This document shows positions 10,597-20,045 of a DNA stretch of 64,000 nucleotides, piece by piece. The stretch spans positions 96,001 through 160,000 of the forward strand of contig JAEOUA010000001.1 in NCBI GenBank assembly GCA_016839555.1. The letters run 5' to 3'. The notes beneath the pieces were generated by a model. It was not told where the DNA came from. It did not search any database and saw nothing but the letters and a program-made list of their open reading frames with translations. A program made the position numbers and the translations under genes. This DNA is from Promethearchaeota archaeon. Lineage in GTDB: Archaea; Asgardarchaeota; Lokiarchaeia; Sigyniarchaeales; SOKP01. Within the stretch, counting starts at the first letter, position 1; each line of letters opens with the position of its first letter.

Positions 10597-11057
10597 AGCT
10601 TATTATTGATACAAATGTATTAATCTCCGGCTTATTGAAAGATTCAATAACTAGAGAACTGCTTCTTAATGAATCATTTGAATTTTATTTTCCTGAAATC
10701 GTCATGCTTGAAGTAAAAAAATACCTTCCTTATATTATTCAAAAATCAGGGCTAACTGAGAAAGATATAAAAAAACTTCTAAATATTTTATTTGAGAATT
10801 TAAATTTAGTTCCTATTAATGAATATGAAATAAACATAGATAAAGCTTAGAAGATTATGGGTAAAATCGATGAGAAGGATACCCCTTTCATAGCTCTTGC
10901 TTTATCAATTGAAAACGATGGTATATGGTTTAATGATAAACATTTTGATATGCAAAAGAAAATTAAAGTCTATAAAACTATTGATATCATTAATCTTTTA
11001 GAGAATAAAACTGATAAAGCACTTAGAAATTCTGATAAAAATCATGAAAATTATTAA
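10593..11057 (+). pseudogene. PIN-domain (VapC-like) toxin interrupted by an in-frame TAG
   Basis: IIDTNVLIS...E...NIDKA*KIMGKIDEKDTPFIALAL...WFNDKHF. The two ORF-track pieces (10593-10850, 10857-11057) are in the same frame, separated only by TAG AAG ATT. Confidence 0.85.
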
Positions 11058-11320
11058 AGCAAGGGAAAGTTTGAGTGAGGGAAATGATTTTTCTTAACTC
11101 AAGATCCTCCTCATTCCGAGCATCGGTCGGTTGGGTCAGATTGATCATCAAAATCAAAATTTCCCTCTAATATTATAAAATTCTGTTCTAAATTAACTTG
11201 ACTATCATTATTTTTAATAATAATTTTTTATTGCAAATTCCTTTTCACTTTCGCGAGATTATAATCAATGGAGTTCATGTTTGAGTTAATAAATGAAAAT
11301 CAAATGTTTCACTATGTAAT

Positions 11321-11632
11321 TTAGTTTCGTTTTATCCCTTCTTGAATAGTTTTCCATATTACTTCAAGATTAACACCAAAATAACCATGTATTAATTTAT
11401 CTCTAATAGCCGCCATCTCTTGCCATGGAATAGACTTGTTTTTATTTTTTATACGAGGTGGAATCTTTTTTGCTGCTTCACCGATAATTTCAAAACATCG
11501 AACTACAGCATAATTGGTCTTATCATCAGAAAAAAATTTGTCATAACTCATACCTTTTGTAAACTTTTTTATTTTTGTAATAGAATCAAGAATATCGTTA
11601 AGAAAATCAATGAATTCACGTTTAGAACTCAA
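11321..11632 (-). CDS. HepT-like HEPN ribonuclease toxin (DUF86), C-terminus apparently truncated
   Basis: AVVRCFEIIGEA, IPWQEMAAIRDKLIHGY (Rx4H). Ends abruptly at IWKTIQEGIKRN without the usual last helix. Confidence 0.85.
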   Translation of the reverse strand: MSSKREFIDFLNDILDSITKIKKFTKGMSYDKFFSDDKTNYAVVRCFEIIGEAAKKIPPRIKNKNKSIPWQEMAAIRDKLIHGYFGVNLEVIWKTIQEGIKRN

Positions 11633-11973
11633 ATCTCTACAACCTCGCTTAAAATATGCTAACTTATCTCAGGTCTTAATGCATCTTTCATCACTAAGTC
11701 TACTTTAAGATTAAGGACGTCACTAAGATATTTTTCAAGGCGAATAAATTGAAATAATGTTGGGGTTTCATTAAAACTCACTAGAATATCTAAATCACTG
11801 CCCTGTTTTTCTTCGCCTTTAATATAAGAGCCGAAAATCCCAAAATATTGAATGTGATACCTTTTCCTTAAAGAAGGTAATTCCTTTTCTAAAATTTCTA
11901 TAATATTTTGAAGAGAAGGTGGTTTATTTAATTGCTCTTCCATCTTTTTAAGAGTTTGTTTATTAAATTCCAC
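11629..11973 (-). pseudogene. MntA-like minimal nucleotidyltransferase antitoxin with in-frame TAG 10 codons before its natural end
   Basis: FGSY...SDLDILV...KVDLVMKDALRPEIS*HILSEVVEI-TGA. TAG at 11659-11661; the downstream TGA (11629-11631) overlaps the HepT TTG start, as expected for a coupled pair. Confidence 0.8.
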
Positions 11974-12278
11974 TTGGGAGGATCTATACTATTAAAGAAT
12001 AATTTTGCGTAATTTATAATATTTTAATGTTTAAATAAATTTTTAGGTAAATGGCAGCTAAGGTTTTAAGTATAGGAAAAATTAAGCAAATTAATTTTTA
12101 GTTTTTTCCCTTATCAAATTGTTTTTTCTCGATTAAAAGATTGAGAATTAATCAGATAATATTAGAATTATCAAAAATTTTATTTTGGATAATATATATT
12201 TTATAATATTAAAATATTAAGAGAAAAATATTATTTTAGTTATACATTCCTAAAACATCCAAATATACGGTATAAAAA

Positions 12279-12452
12279 ATGAAATGTGAATGTCCTGCCT
12301 GTTATTTTGTATTTGAAATGGATGATGACACAATAGTGGGAGAGGTAGTACCTTGTCCCGATTGTGGAGTCGATCTTGAAGTTATGGAAATTGAAAATGG
12401 AAAGGTAACAGCTCAAATAGCAGAAATTGCGGAAGAGGATTGGGGAGAATAA
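12279..12452 (+). CDS. lysW: Amino-group carrier protein LysW
   Basis: Not in the ORF track (57 aa). MKCECPACYFVFEMDDDTIVGEVVPCPDCGVDLEV...AEEDWGE: two CxxC Zn knuckles and the diagnostic C-terminal EDWGE. Confidence 0.95.
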   Translation: MKCECPACYFVFEMDDDTIVGEVVPCPDCGVDLEVMEIENGKVTAQIAEIAEEDWGE

Positions 12453-12687
12453 CTTTCAAAACCTTAATTTTTAGATAAAAATATTCTAAGCTTGAAACTT
12501 TCCTAATTTCTTCTAAATTTTATTCTTTTTTGCAAGATAAATATAAATATTATAATATTTGAATTTTCTAATTTTAAATTATTGAAAAAATTCTTTTAGA
12601 TTTGAAATATAAAAAATTAGGTATTGAGTTTTTATGTAATTCTTTATTATTTTAAAAAGATAAAGATAACTAAAGGAAGAAACAAAA

Positions 12688-13263
12688 ATGGATCGAACAG
12701 AAAAACTTACAAGAGAAACAAAAGAAACAAAAGTAACTGTAGAATTAAATTTGGATGGTTCTGGCAAAAATGATATAGATATCGGCTATAAATTTATGAA
12801 TCATATGCTTACATTATTTTCTCGACATGGAAATATCGATTTAAATATCAAAGCTTCAGGAGATTTAACTCATCATGTAATTGAAGACGTCGGAATTACT
12901 CTTGGACAATGTATTTTAAAAGCTTTAGGAGATAAAAAAGGGATAAATCGATATGGATCGGCGCTCATCCCAATGGATGAATCCTTGGCTCGTTGTGCTA
13001 TTGATTTCTGTGGGAGAAAAGCACTGATCCTCGATTTAAAACTGAATGAGGAGTGTAATATAGAAGATGTTGCGGTAGAAGATATAAAACATTTTTTTAA
13101 TTCTTTTGCCGAGAACGCGAAGATGAATTTACATTTAGAAGTATTATATGGCTCAAATGATCATCATAAGACAGAAGCAGCTTTTAAAGCATTAGCAAGA
13201 TCAATAAAGCAAGCAAAAACTATTGTGTCTGATGAGATTCCCTCCACCAAAGGTATATTATAA
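12688..13263 (+). CDS. hisB: Imidazoleglycerol-phosphate dehydratase
   Basis: RETKET, HML, HHVIEDVG, PMDESL, NDHHKTEAAFKA, IPSTKG. Confidence 0.97.
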   Translation: MDRTEKLTRETKETKVTVELNLDGSGKNDIDIGYKFMNHMLTLFSRHGNIDLNIKASGDLTHHVIEDVGITLGQCILKALGDKKGINRYGSALIPMDESLARCAIDFCGRKALILDLKLNEECNIEDVAVEDIKHFFNSFAENAKMNLHLEVLYGSNDHHKTEAAFKALARSIKQAKTIVSDEIPSTKGIL

Positions 13264-13340
13264 TTTTATTTTATTATTATTTTTCTATAGAACATATTTT
13301 TATTAAAAGATATATCAGACAATATGGTATTTCATAAAAA

Positions 13341-16300
13341 ATGAATATTAATAAGGACTTACAATTAACTTATATTTCTTCTATATATTGGAATAATGAA
13401 ATAAGTGACTTTTCTTTAATTTCTAGTTCTAAAAAAATACCCTCAGATGCGAGCTTTTTTTTAATTTGGATTCCTTTTCAAGATTCCTTGGAGTATTTAG
13501 AAGAAAATATGAAAAAGAACTTTAAGGAGATACCCATAGATAAATTAATCTCTTGTTCTATTAATTTAGTCCTTCCAACTCTAAACGATTCTGGATTTGA
13601 AAATGTATTTCATATAAGGAAAGTTTATGGAAAAATATTACCTATCTTACCAGCTAGTAAATTTCTCAATAAACTAGAAATTTTTGAGAATGAAGACACT
13701 CCTGAATCTTCCAGATTTCTGAGTGATTCAATTATAACTTGGGCTTTATTAACTAAACTTATCTTCGAATTAATAAGCAGAGGGAGCTTTGTACCTGATT
13801 TAGATAAATCATCAGAAAGATTTTATAACGGCCATTGGCGCATAATACTGGAAGATCAATATGATAATGAACGATTTCAAAAAATTTTACATAATTGTCC
13901 TTGGACAGCTCATAATCTTCCAGAAACACTAAAACTAAAAAATAATAATTCATCACCACAACAAAAGTATATTGTTGAGGAATTATGGCATCCTTCATAT
14001 ATATTTTCTGAATATATGGATACTATTGGGGATTTATTAATAAGATCAATATTAATTAAAAATAATTTTCAAACCTTTAATGAATTCTATAATACTGAAA
14101 TACTTAAGGAAAAGAATAGAGAAGTAAATTTGAACTGGGATTATAAATTTTTGAAATCTTTATTAAAAAAAGACACTCGCTTTCATATACAACAATTTCA
14201 TGAAACAATTGTACCAAAATTAATTAAGAATTGGTTAAATATTTCAAGAATATCCACCCTTCGATATGGAATTAAGATTGTTTTGCAATTAGAGTTACCC
14301 AACGACAACCAAGAAGAATGGCCGCTAAATCTTTATATTGCCTTTCAAAACTCACAAAATCTTATTTTATTAAAAGACTTTTTAAAAGGAGAGAGCAACT
14401 TAGATTTAGAAGTTATGGACTTCTTTGAAACTAAGGAAGAATTAATGGAACTAATCTTAAGAAGCTTAGGAAAAATTGTTAAGATATATCCTCCCATAAA
14501 AAAGGCTCTGGATGGTTCCTATCCGAAAGAATTGAAGCTATCATCTTCAGAAGTAATGAATTTTCTTTCTTATCCTAAAGATATATTAATCCAGAGTGGA
14601 TTTAATGTGATTTTACCGGAAGTATTTAAAAAAGGAGGAAAACAAAGATTATCGGCAATAATGATTATTTATTCAGAAGAGGAATTAGAAGAGAAGAAAA
14701 TATCAACATCTTCTATTGCTCCTATGTTTCAATTAAACGATATGTTGAATTTTCGATGGGAGGGAGAACTTGGTGATAAACAATTAGATAAAGAACAATT
14801 TGAAAAACTTATTGATGCCAATCAACCTCTCATTAATATAAAAGGAGAATGGGTCTTAGTGGATCAACAAGATCTTGAGAATATACACAAAATTTTTAAT
14901 TCATCAGCAGAAGTTGGAAACTATACTAAACCTCAAGGAACTATTAAATATCTAGATGCTCTAAAATTAGGTTTATCTAAAGAAGTAGAAGTAGGTACCA
15001 CCGGGATTAATTATAAAGTAATTATAAAGGGACATTTTGAAGAAATTATAAATAAGATAAAAACAATAGAAAAATTTGAAGAAATTTCCATACCAGCTTC
15101 ATTTAATGGAATATTAAGAGAATATCAAAAAGTAGGTTTAACATGGATGGCAAATCTATGTGAATTAAATTTTGGAATGTGCCTTGCAGATGATATGGGT
15201 CTCGGAAAGACCATTCAAGTTATTGCCTTATTGCTGCATTTTAAACAAAAATACCCCCAAAATTTAAATAGTGTTTTAATAATATGCCCTACTTCAGTTT
15301 TATATAATTGGAAAAAAGAAATAAACCGATTTGGACCAGATCTCGATGTGATTTTTCATCATGGACCAGAAAGAGTAAAAAAACTTTCAAAAATCTCTAA
15401 ATATGTCAAATCTCATCGAATAATCCTGACCACTTTTGGTACAATAAGAAATGATGTTGATTTATTAAAGACAATACAATTTACAGGAATTATCGTGGAT
15501 GAATCGCAGAATATGAAAAACTATGAAGCTCAACAAACCCAAGCCATCTATAAATTACAGAGTAACTATCGAATATGTTTGAGTGGAACACCAATAGAAA
15601 ATCGATTAATGGAATTATGGACATTATTCGAGTTTTTAAACCCAGGGCTCTTAGGAGATCAAAAAAAATTCCGAGATAATTTTGTAATTCCCATAGAAAG
15701 ATTCCATAATCAAGACGCGACAGAAAAACTTAAAAAAATCATATCACCCTTTATTCTAAGAAGAGAAAAAAGCGATAAATCCATAATAAAGGATTTGCCG
15801 GAAAAAAATGAAATGAAAATTTATATTGAGTTAAGTGAAATGCAATATGAACTTTATAAAAAATTAGTTCAGGAGACTTTAAAACAATTCGAAAGTACGC
15901 ATGCTGATAAAAAAAATAAAAGTATGTATATATTAACCCTGTTGACAAAACTGAAACAAATTTGCAATCATCCCTTCCAATTTTTACATAAATCAATTTC
16001 TATCGAAGAATTATCAGAAAATTTTGAAAACTTCGTCTCAATGTCTCCAAAATTAGAAAGACTATTAGAAATGATCGATGAAGTTATCAGTAAAGGGGAA
16101 AAAGCGATCATTTTTACTCAATTTACTCAAATGGGAAATATCCTTAAAAAAGTTTTGAGTTATAAATATAATTTTCCCATACTTTATTTTCATGGAAGTG
16201 TTACTGCCGATAAGAGAAAAGAAATAGTGGATGAATTTCAATCTGAAAAACCAAATACTCCGCCCCTCTTAATTTTGTCTCTTCGAGCAGGAGGTTTAGG

Positions 16301-16571
16301 TCTTAATTTAACAGCAGCAACTACGGTATTTCATTACGATAGATGGTGGAATCCTGCTGTAGAAAAGCAAGCAACAGATAGAGCATACCGAATCGGTCAA
16401 ACAGAAAGCGTAAATGTGTATAAATTCATTATGGCAGATACTATTGAGGAGAAAATAGATAAACTTATTGAAGAGAAAAAAGAGTTAGCTGATATGGTTA
16501 TAGCTACTGGAGAGTCATGGATTTCAGAATTAAATGACGAAAAAATTAAGGAATTAATTTCATTAGAATAA
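13341..16571 (+). CDS. SNF2-family (SSO1653-like) helicase/ATPase
   Basis: LREYQ, LADDMGLGKT, DESQ, SGTPIEN, LSLRAGGLGLNL, DRWWNP, QATDRAYRIGQ. Confidence 0.95.
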   Translation: MNINKDLQLTYISSIYWNNEISDFSLISSSKKIPSDASFFLIWIPFQDSLEYLEENMKKNFKEIPIDKLISCSINLVLPTLNDSGFENVFHIRKVYGKILPILPASKFLNKLEIFENEDTPESSRFLSDSIITWALLTKLIFELISRGSFVPDLDKSSERFYNGHWRIILEDQYDNERFQKILHNCPWTAHNLPETLKLKNNNSSPQQKYIVEELWHPSYIFSEYMDTIGDLLIRSILIKNNFQTFNEFYNTEILKEKNREVNLNWDYKFLKSLLKKDTRFHIQQFHETIVPKLIKNWLNISRISTLRYGIKIVLQLELPNDNQEEWPLNLYIAFQNSQNLILLKDFLKGESNLDLEVMDFFETKEELMELILRSLGKIVKIYPPIKKALDGSYPKELKLSSSEVMNFLSYPKDILIQSGFNVILPEVFKKGGKQRLSAIMIIYSEEELEEKKISTSSIAPMFQLNDMLNFRWEGELGDKQLDKEQFEKLIDANQPLINIKGEWVLVDQQDLENIHKIFNSSAEVGNYTKPQGTIKYLDALKLGLSKEVEVGTTGINYKVIIKGHFEEIINKIKTIEKFEEISIPASFNGILREYQKVGLTWMANLCELNFGMCLADDMGLGKTIQVIALLLHFKQKYPQNLNSVLIICPTSVLYNWKKEINRFGPDLDVIFHHGPERVKKLSKISKYVKSHRIILTTFGTIRNDVDLLKTIQFTGIIVDESQNMKNYEAQQTQAIYKLQSNYRICLSGTPIENRLMELWTLFEFLNPGLLGDQKKFRDNFVIPIERFHNQDATEKLKKIISPFILRREKSDKSIIKDLPEKNEMKIYIELSEMQYELYKKLVQETLKQFESTHADKKNKSMYILTLLTKLKQICNHPFQFLHKSISIEELSENFENFVSMSPKLERLLEMIDEVISKGEKAIIFTQFTQMGNILKKVLSYKYNFPILYFHGSVTADKRKEIVDEFQSEKPNTPPLLILSLRAGGLGLNLTAATTVFHYDRWWNPAVEKQATDRAYRIGQTESVNVYKFIMADTIEEKIDKLIEEKKELADMVIATGESWISELNDEKIKELISLE

Positions 16572-16600
16572 AAATTTCAAATTGTTAATAATTAGAAAAA

Positions 16601-17521
16601 ATGAACGAAAAAAGAGATTATAGAAAGCTATCAGATAGAAATTATTATCCTAAGATGGATAAACGAAAAAAACATGAAGAAGTAAAGCAAATTAAAGAAG
16701 ATTTAATTAATTATGCGAAAACTTCTTGGGGAAAAAAGTGGATCCATTCCATCTTAAAAATAGGTCGTCCTTATAGGATGCGTCGAGCGATGAAATATGC
16801 AGAAGATGAAGAGAGAATTAGTAATTTAGTAATAAAAAAAGGAGAAATTTTTTCATTAGTTCAAGGGACAGCTCCCACCCCATATCGAGTAAGAATTTTC
16901 TTTAAACCAATTCCTGAGAAGGCATGGCAAGAAATTGAAAAGGAGATCTCCAAAAATCTACTTAATTTAATCCATTTGTTAGAAGGTAATTTATCCGACG
17001 AAATTATTGAAATTTTTGAGAAAAAAAATTATTCTCTATTTTATGATATTTCAGAAGGATTTAATGCGAGATGTTCTTGTCCAGATCAAGCTATACCTTG
17101 TAAACATATTGCTGCTACTATACTTTATGTTTCTAGAGTTGTGGACTATAATCCATTAATTCTCTTAAAACTTAAAGGAAAAAAGAAAAAAGAATTATTG
17201 TCAGAACTAAATATCGGCAGAAATATTGCGATAGAGCCAGCTGATAAGGCATCTAATAAGCAAATGATTAGCAAGAAAACCTCATATTACTCGTTTAATG
17301 TACCTAAAATATCAACAAAAGAGATTAAGATTCAAAAATCCTTAAGGGACGATATAAAAGATATTAATTTTCAATTTAGCAAACCAGGTAAGGTTATAGA
17401 AACATTAGAAAATTTAGGCTTGCCACCGAATTTAGAAAATCCCAGAGCTTTTGCTATTGTTCTTGATAAAATTTATAGAACTATAACAACTGAAGCATAT
17501 AAAATATCACTCTCAAAATAG
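16601..17521 (+). CDS. SWIM zinc-finger protein, partner of the SNF2 ATPase
   Basis: CSCPD-x3-PCKHIAA; VQGT..TPYRV; typical adjacency to this SNF2 subfamily. Confidence 0.9.
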   Translation: MNEKRDYRKLSDRNYYPKMDKRKKHEEVKQIKEDLINYAKTSWGKKWIHSILKIGRPYRMRRAMKYAEDEERISNLVIKKGEIFSLVQGTAPTPYRVRIFFKPIPEKAWQEIEKEISKNLLNLIHLLEGNLSDEIIEIFEKKNYSLFYDISEGFNARCSCPDQAIPCKHIAATILYVSRVVDYNPLILLKLKGKKKKELLSELNIGRNIAIEPADKASNKQMISKKTSYYSFNVPKISTKEIKIQKSLRDDIKDINFQFSKPGKVIETLENLGLPPNLENPRAFAIVLDKIYRTITTEAYKISLSK

Positions 17522-17538
17522 AAAATTTCCCTAAAAAT

Positions 17539-17700
17539 TTAATAGTCTGGTCTATCCTTCTTTCTTGATTGTAAATTCTGAAGTATTTTATCCCATTTAT
17601 TTGCTAATTCCTTATTTCCAGCTTCTTTAACATATAAAATTGAGCGATTTAAGATTTTCATAATTTTTTCTTCAGAGGGCGAAAAATTTCTTTCTTCCAT
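17539..17700 (-). CDS. Small hypothetical protein (53 aa)
   Basis: Not in the ORF track. MEERNFSPSEEKIMKILNRSILYVKEAGNKELANKWDKILQNLQSRKKDRPDY fills the intergenic gap with protein-like composition. Confidence 0.55.
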   Translation of the reverse strand: MEERNFSPSEEKIMKILNRSILYVKEAGNKELANKWDKILQNLQSRKKDRPDY

Positions 17701-17847
17701 ATTATAGACTCTTCATTATCTTAAAAAAAAAGGAATATATTATTGAGATATTAGTGTTTGAATTATTTTCATATTATATATAAACTTAATAATTATGATA
17801 ATTATATTTACAATAAAGACTAAAAACTGAATTCAAGTTAAACAAAA

Positions 17848-18804
17848 ATGGAAAACTTGCTGAATAATTTATTAGAAAACTACATGGAGATCATAGATGA
17901 CATTTTAGCAGTAGCGATTGTTGATAAAAATGGATTAATAATCACTTCTAAGAAACGAGAGAGCTCAGAAAAAGGTTCAGACCAAGTGATAGGAGTGATC
18001 TCTGCGGTACTTGAAGGTTATATAGACCGCCTTAAAAAAGAATTTGATACTAAAAGCACCTTTTTTAATATTACAGAGACCGGTGACAAGAAGTTTACAT
18101 TCTGTTCAAAAGGTCAAAATACCATTTTAGCAACTATTTCAGAATTGGAAACCTCTAATACAGAATTAAGGGTTCTCTCAGAATACGTAGCAGGTCAGAT
18201 CGAATTATTAATTGAAGGGAAAGAAAACTTCACTATAAAAATACCTCATATTATCCAAGTACTCTCAAAAACACGTAGCGGAAAGTTTCCTGAGGGAGAA
18301 TATTCGGTAAAATTAATAATTACCGGTGATTCTAAAGTTGGAAAGACGAGTTTAGTAAGAAGGTTTGTAGAAAATAAGTTTAATGAGGAATATATAACAA
18401 CCATGGGAGTTGATATTACAAAACATGTAGTAAACATTGATGATCGAGCAGAAATCAATTTTATCATTTGGGACATTGGTGGACAAAATTTTACACCATA
18501 TAGAACCAAATTTTATAACGGAGCTAATTGTGCGATGATTATTATTGATAGAACCCGTCAAAAGACTTTAGAAACTATTGAAGGATGGTATAATGATATA
18601 AAAGAATCTGTAAAAAAAGAAATTCCCATTGTTATAGTTGCCAATAAAAGCGATCTTGTTAATGAAATTGAATTAGAAGAAAAAGAGATAAAGCAACAAG
18701 CGGATAAATTTGGATTTAATTTTATCATCAGCTCAGCTAAGACGGGCGAAAACGTATCTACAGCATTTTTATATATGGGCTATAAATTTTTGGAAAATTT
18801 ATAA
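17848..18804 (+). CDS. Roadblock/LC7 domain fused to a Rab/Ras-like small GTPase
   Basis: N-terminal AVAIVDKNGLIITS...VISAV roadblock pattern; G1 GDSKVGKT, G2 TMGVD, G3 WDIGGQ, G4 NKSD, G5 SAKTG. Confidence 0.9.
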   Translation: MENLLNNLLENYMEIIDDILAVAIVDKNGLIITSKKRESSEKGSDQVIGVISAVLEGYIDRLKKEFDTKSTFFNITETGDKKFTFCSKGQNTILATISELETSNTELRVLSEYVAGQIELLIEGKENFTIKIPHIIQVLSKTRSGKFPEGEYSVKLIITGDSKVGKTSLVRRFVENKFNEEYITTMGVDITKHVVNIDDRAEINFIIWDIGGQNFTPYRTKFYNGANCAMIIIDRTRQKTLETIEGWYNDIKESVKKEIPIVIVANKSDLVNEIELEEKEIKQQADKFGFNFIISSAKTGENVSTAFLYMGYKFLENL

Positions 18805-18976
18805 TCATATACTTTTTGAATTATGTATTAAAACATGTTTATTGTATTTTTTTAAAAAAATTATTTTAAAAGCGAATAATTTATTATTATTAAAAATAAG
18901 GAGGTTTGAGTTAACAATAGTACTTAAAGTACAATTCAATGATGTATTAGCGACTTGAGATGCACAAGGATACTTA

Positions 18977-19840
18977 ATGGGGTTCTCTATTAAAGAATTG
19001 ACTTATAAAAATAAATATCTGTTGTTTCTTACAGAACAAGAATATGCAGGACCTTGGTTTAGTTTTAAACTATATGGAGAAAACGTGGGAACAATTCCTG
19101 TGATCCTTAAAAATATTGAACCGACTCCAATTTATAAATTGGTAAATAGCAAGAAAGGCACATTTGTAGATCGGATAACTCTTGATTTTGATATCAAAGA
19201 ATATTTAAAAAAACTTATCAAGGATGGAAAAATTGATTCGATAGAATTTACTAGAGAAGAGCTCTATATCAGATTATTTATTGATGTATTTAATAAACCA
19301 AAAGTGCCTTACATAAACACGTTTTTTACCTTTAAAAATATATCGGATTATGATTTAATAGATTTCAATATTTATTTTGTATTCGATTTTGATATAAATG
19401 GATTAGAAGGATTTGACAATGACTTATCAGGATATGATAAAGATAATGATATTTTATACCAATATGACAACACAAATCTACATGGTGGATTTTCTCCAAT
19501 CTCTAAATCTACAAATTTCGAAACATGTCTTACAAAAGATTTTGAAATTAATGAAAATCATTTAAATTTATCAAATACTCTATATGAAGAGCCTGGAGAA
19601 ATTTTATCAGCCTTACAGATTGAATTCAAGACATTACAACCAGAACAGACTTTTCAAACAGCATTAACTGTATCAGGAGGATTAAACAAACAAGAATTAA
19701 TTGAAAATATTCGAGATGGAAAGTCAAATGCTATCAAATTTCTAAACCAAGTAAATAGAAATGTCAAATCAAAACAGAGAAATCTCCAAGAACTGGCATT
19801 TGTGTCATTAAATCTTCAAGAAGCAAAAGACTGCGATTAA
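18977..19840 (+). CDS. Hypothetical beta-rich protein
   Basis: 287-aa ORF with alternating aromatic/hydrophobic strands (YFVFDFDI, ILYQYD); no family recognised. Confidence 0.7.
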   Translation: MGFSIKELTYKNKYLLFLTEQEYAGPWFSFKLYGENVGTIPVILKNIEPTPIYKLVNSKKGTFVDRITLDFDIKEYLKKLIKDGKIDSIEFTREELYIRLFIDVFNKPKVPYINTFFTFKNISDYDLIDFNIYFVFDFDINGLEGFDNDLSGYDKDNDILYQYDNTNLHGGFSPISKSTNFETCLTKDFEINENHLNLSNTLYEEPGEILSALQIEFKTLQPEQTFQTALTVSGGLNKQELIENIRDGKSNAIKFLNQVNRNVKSKQRNLQELAFVSLNLQEAKDCD

Positions 19841-20045
19841 TAAAAATGATGATTCAAATAAAAAAAGCCAGAGATGGGCATTTATTTGATGAATACCTTG
19901 CAAGAGGAAGTATTAATCAAATCGAATTTATCTACTTTTAATTATTTTAAGCATATTTGTAAAAATTATCAAAAGTTTTATATTCTATTGAAGTTCTTAA
20001 TTTTATATAAAAAACAATATAGAAGAAAAATATTATTTTGCTTTT

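Noticed and set aside
11090-11150. Minus-strand TGATGA...CTGA...ATGAGGA...TTGA as a C/D-box sRNA
   Set aside because: Box spacings of ~5 nt are too short for guide regions and the terminal D box is imperfect.
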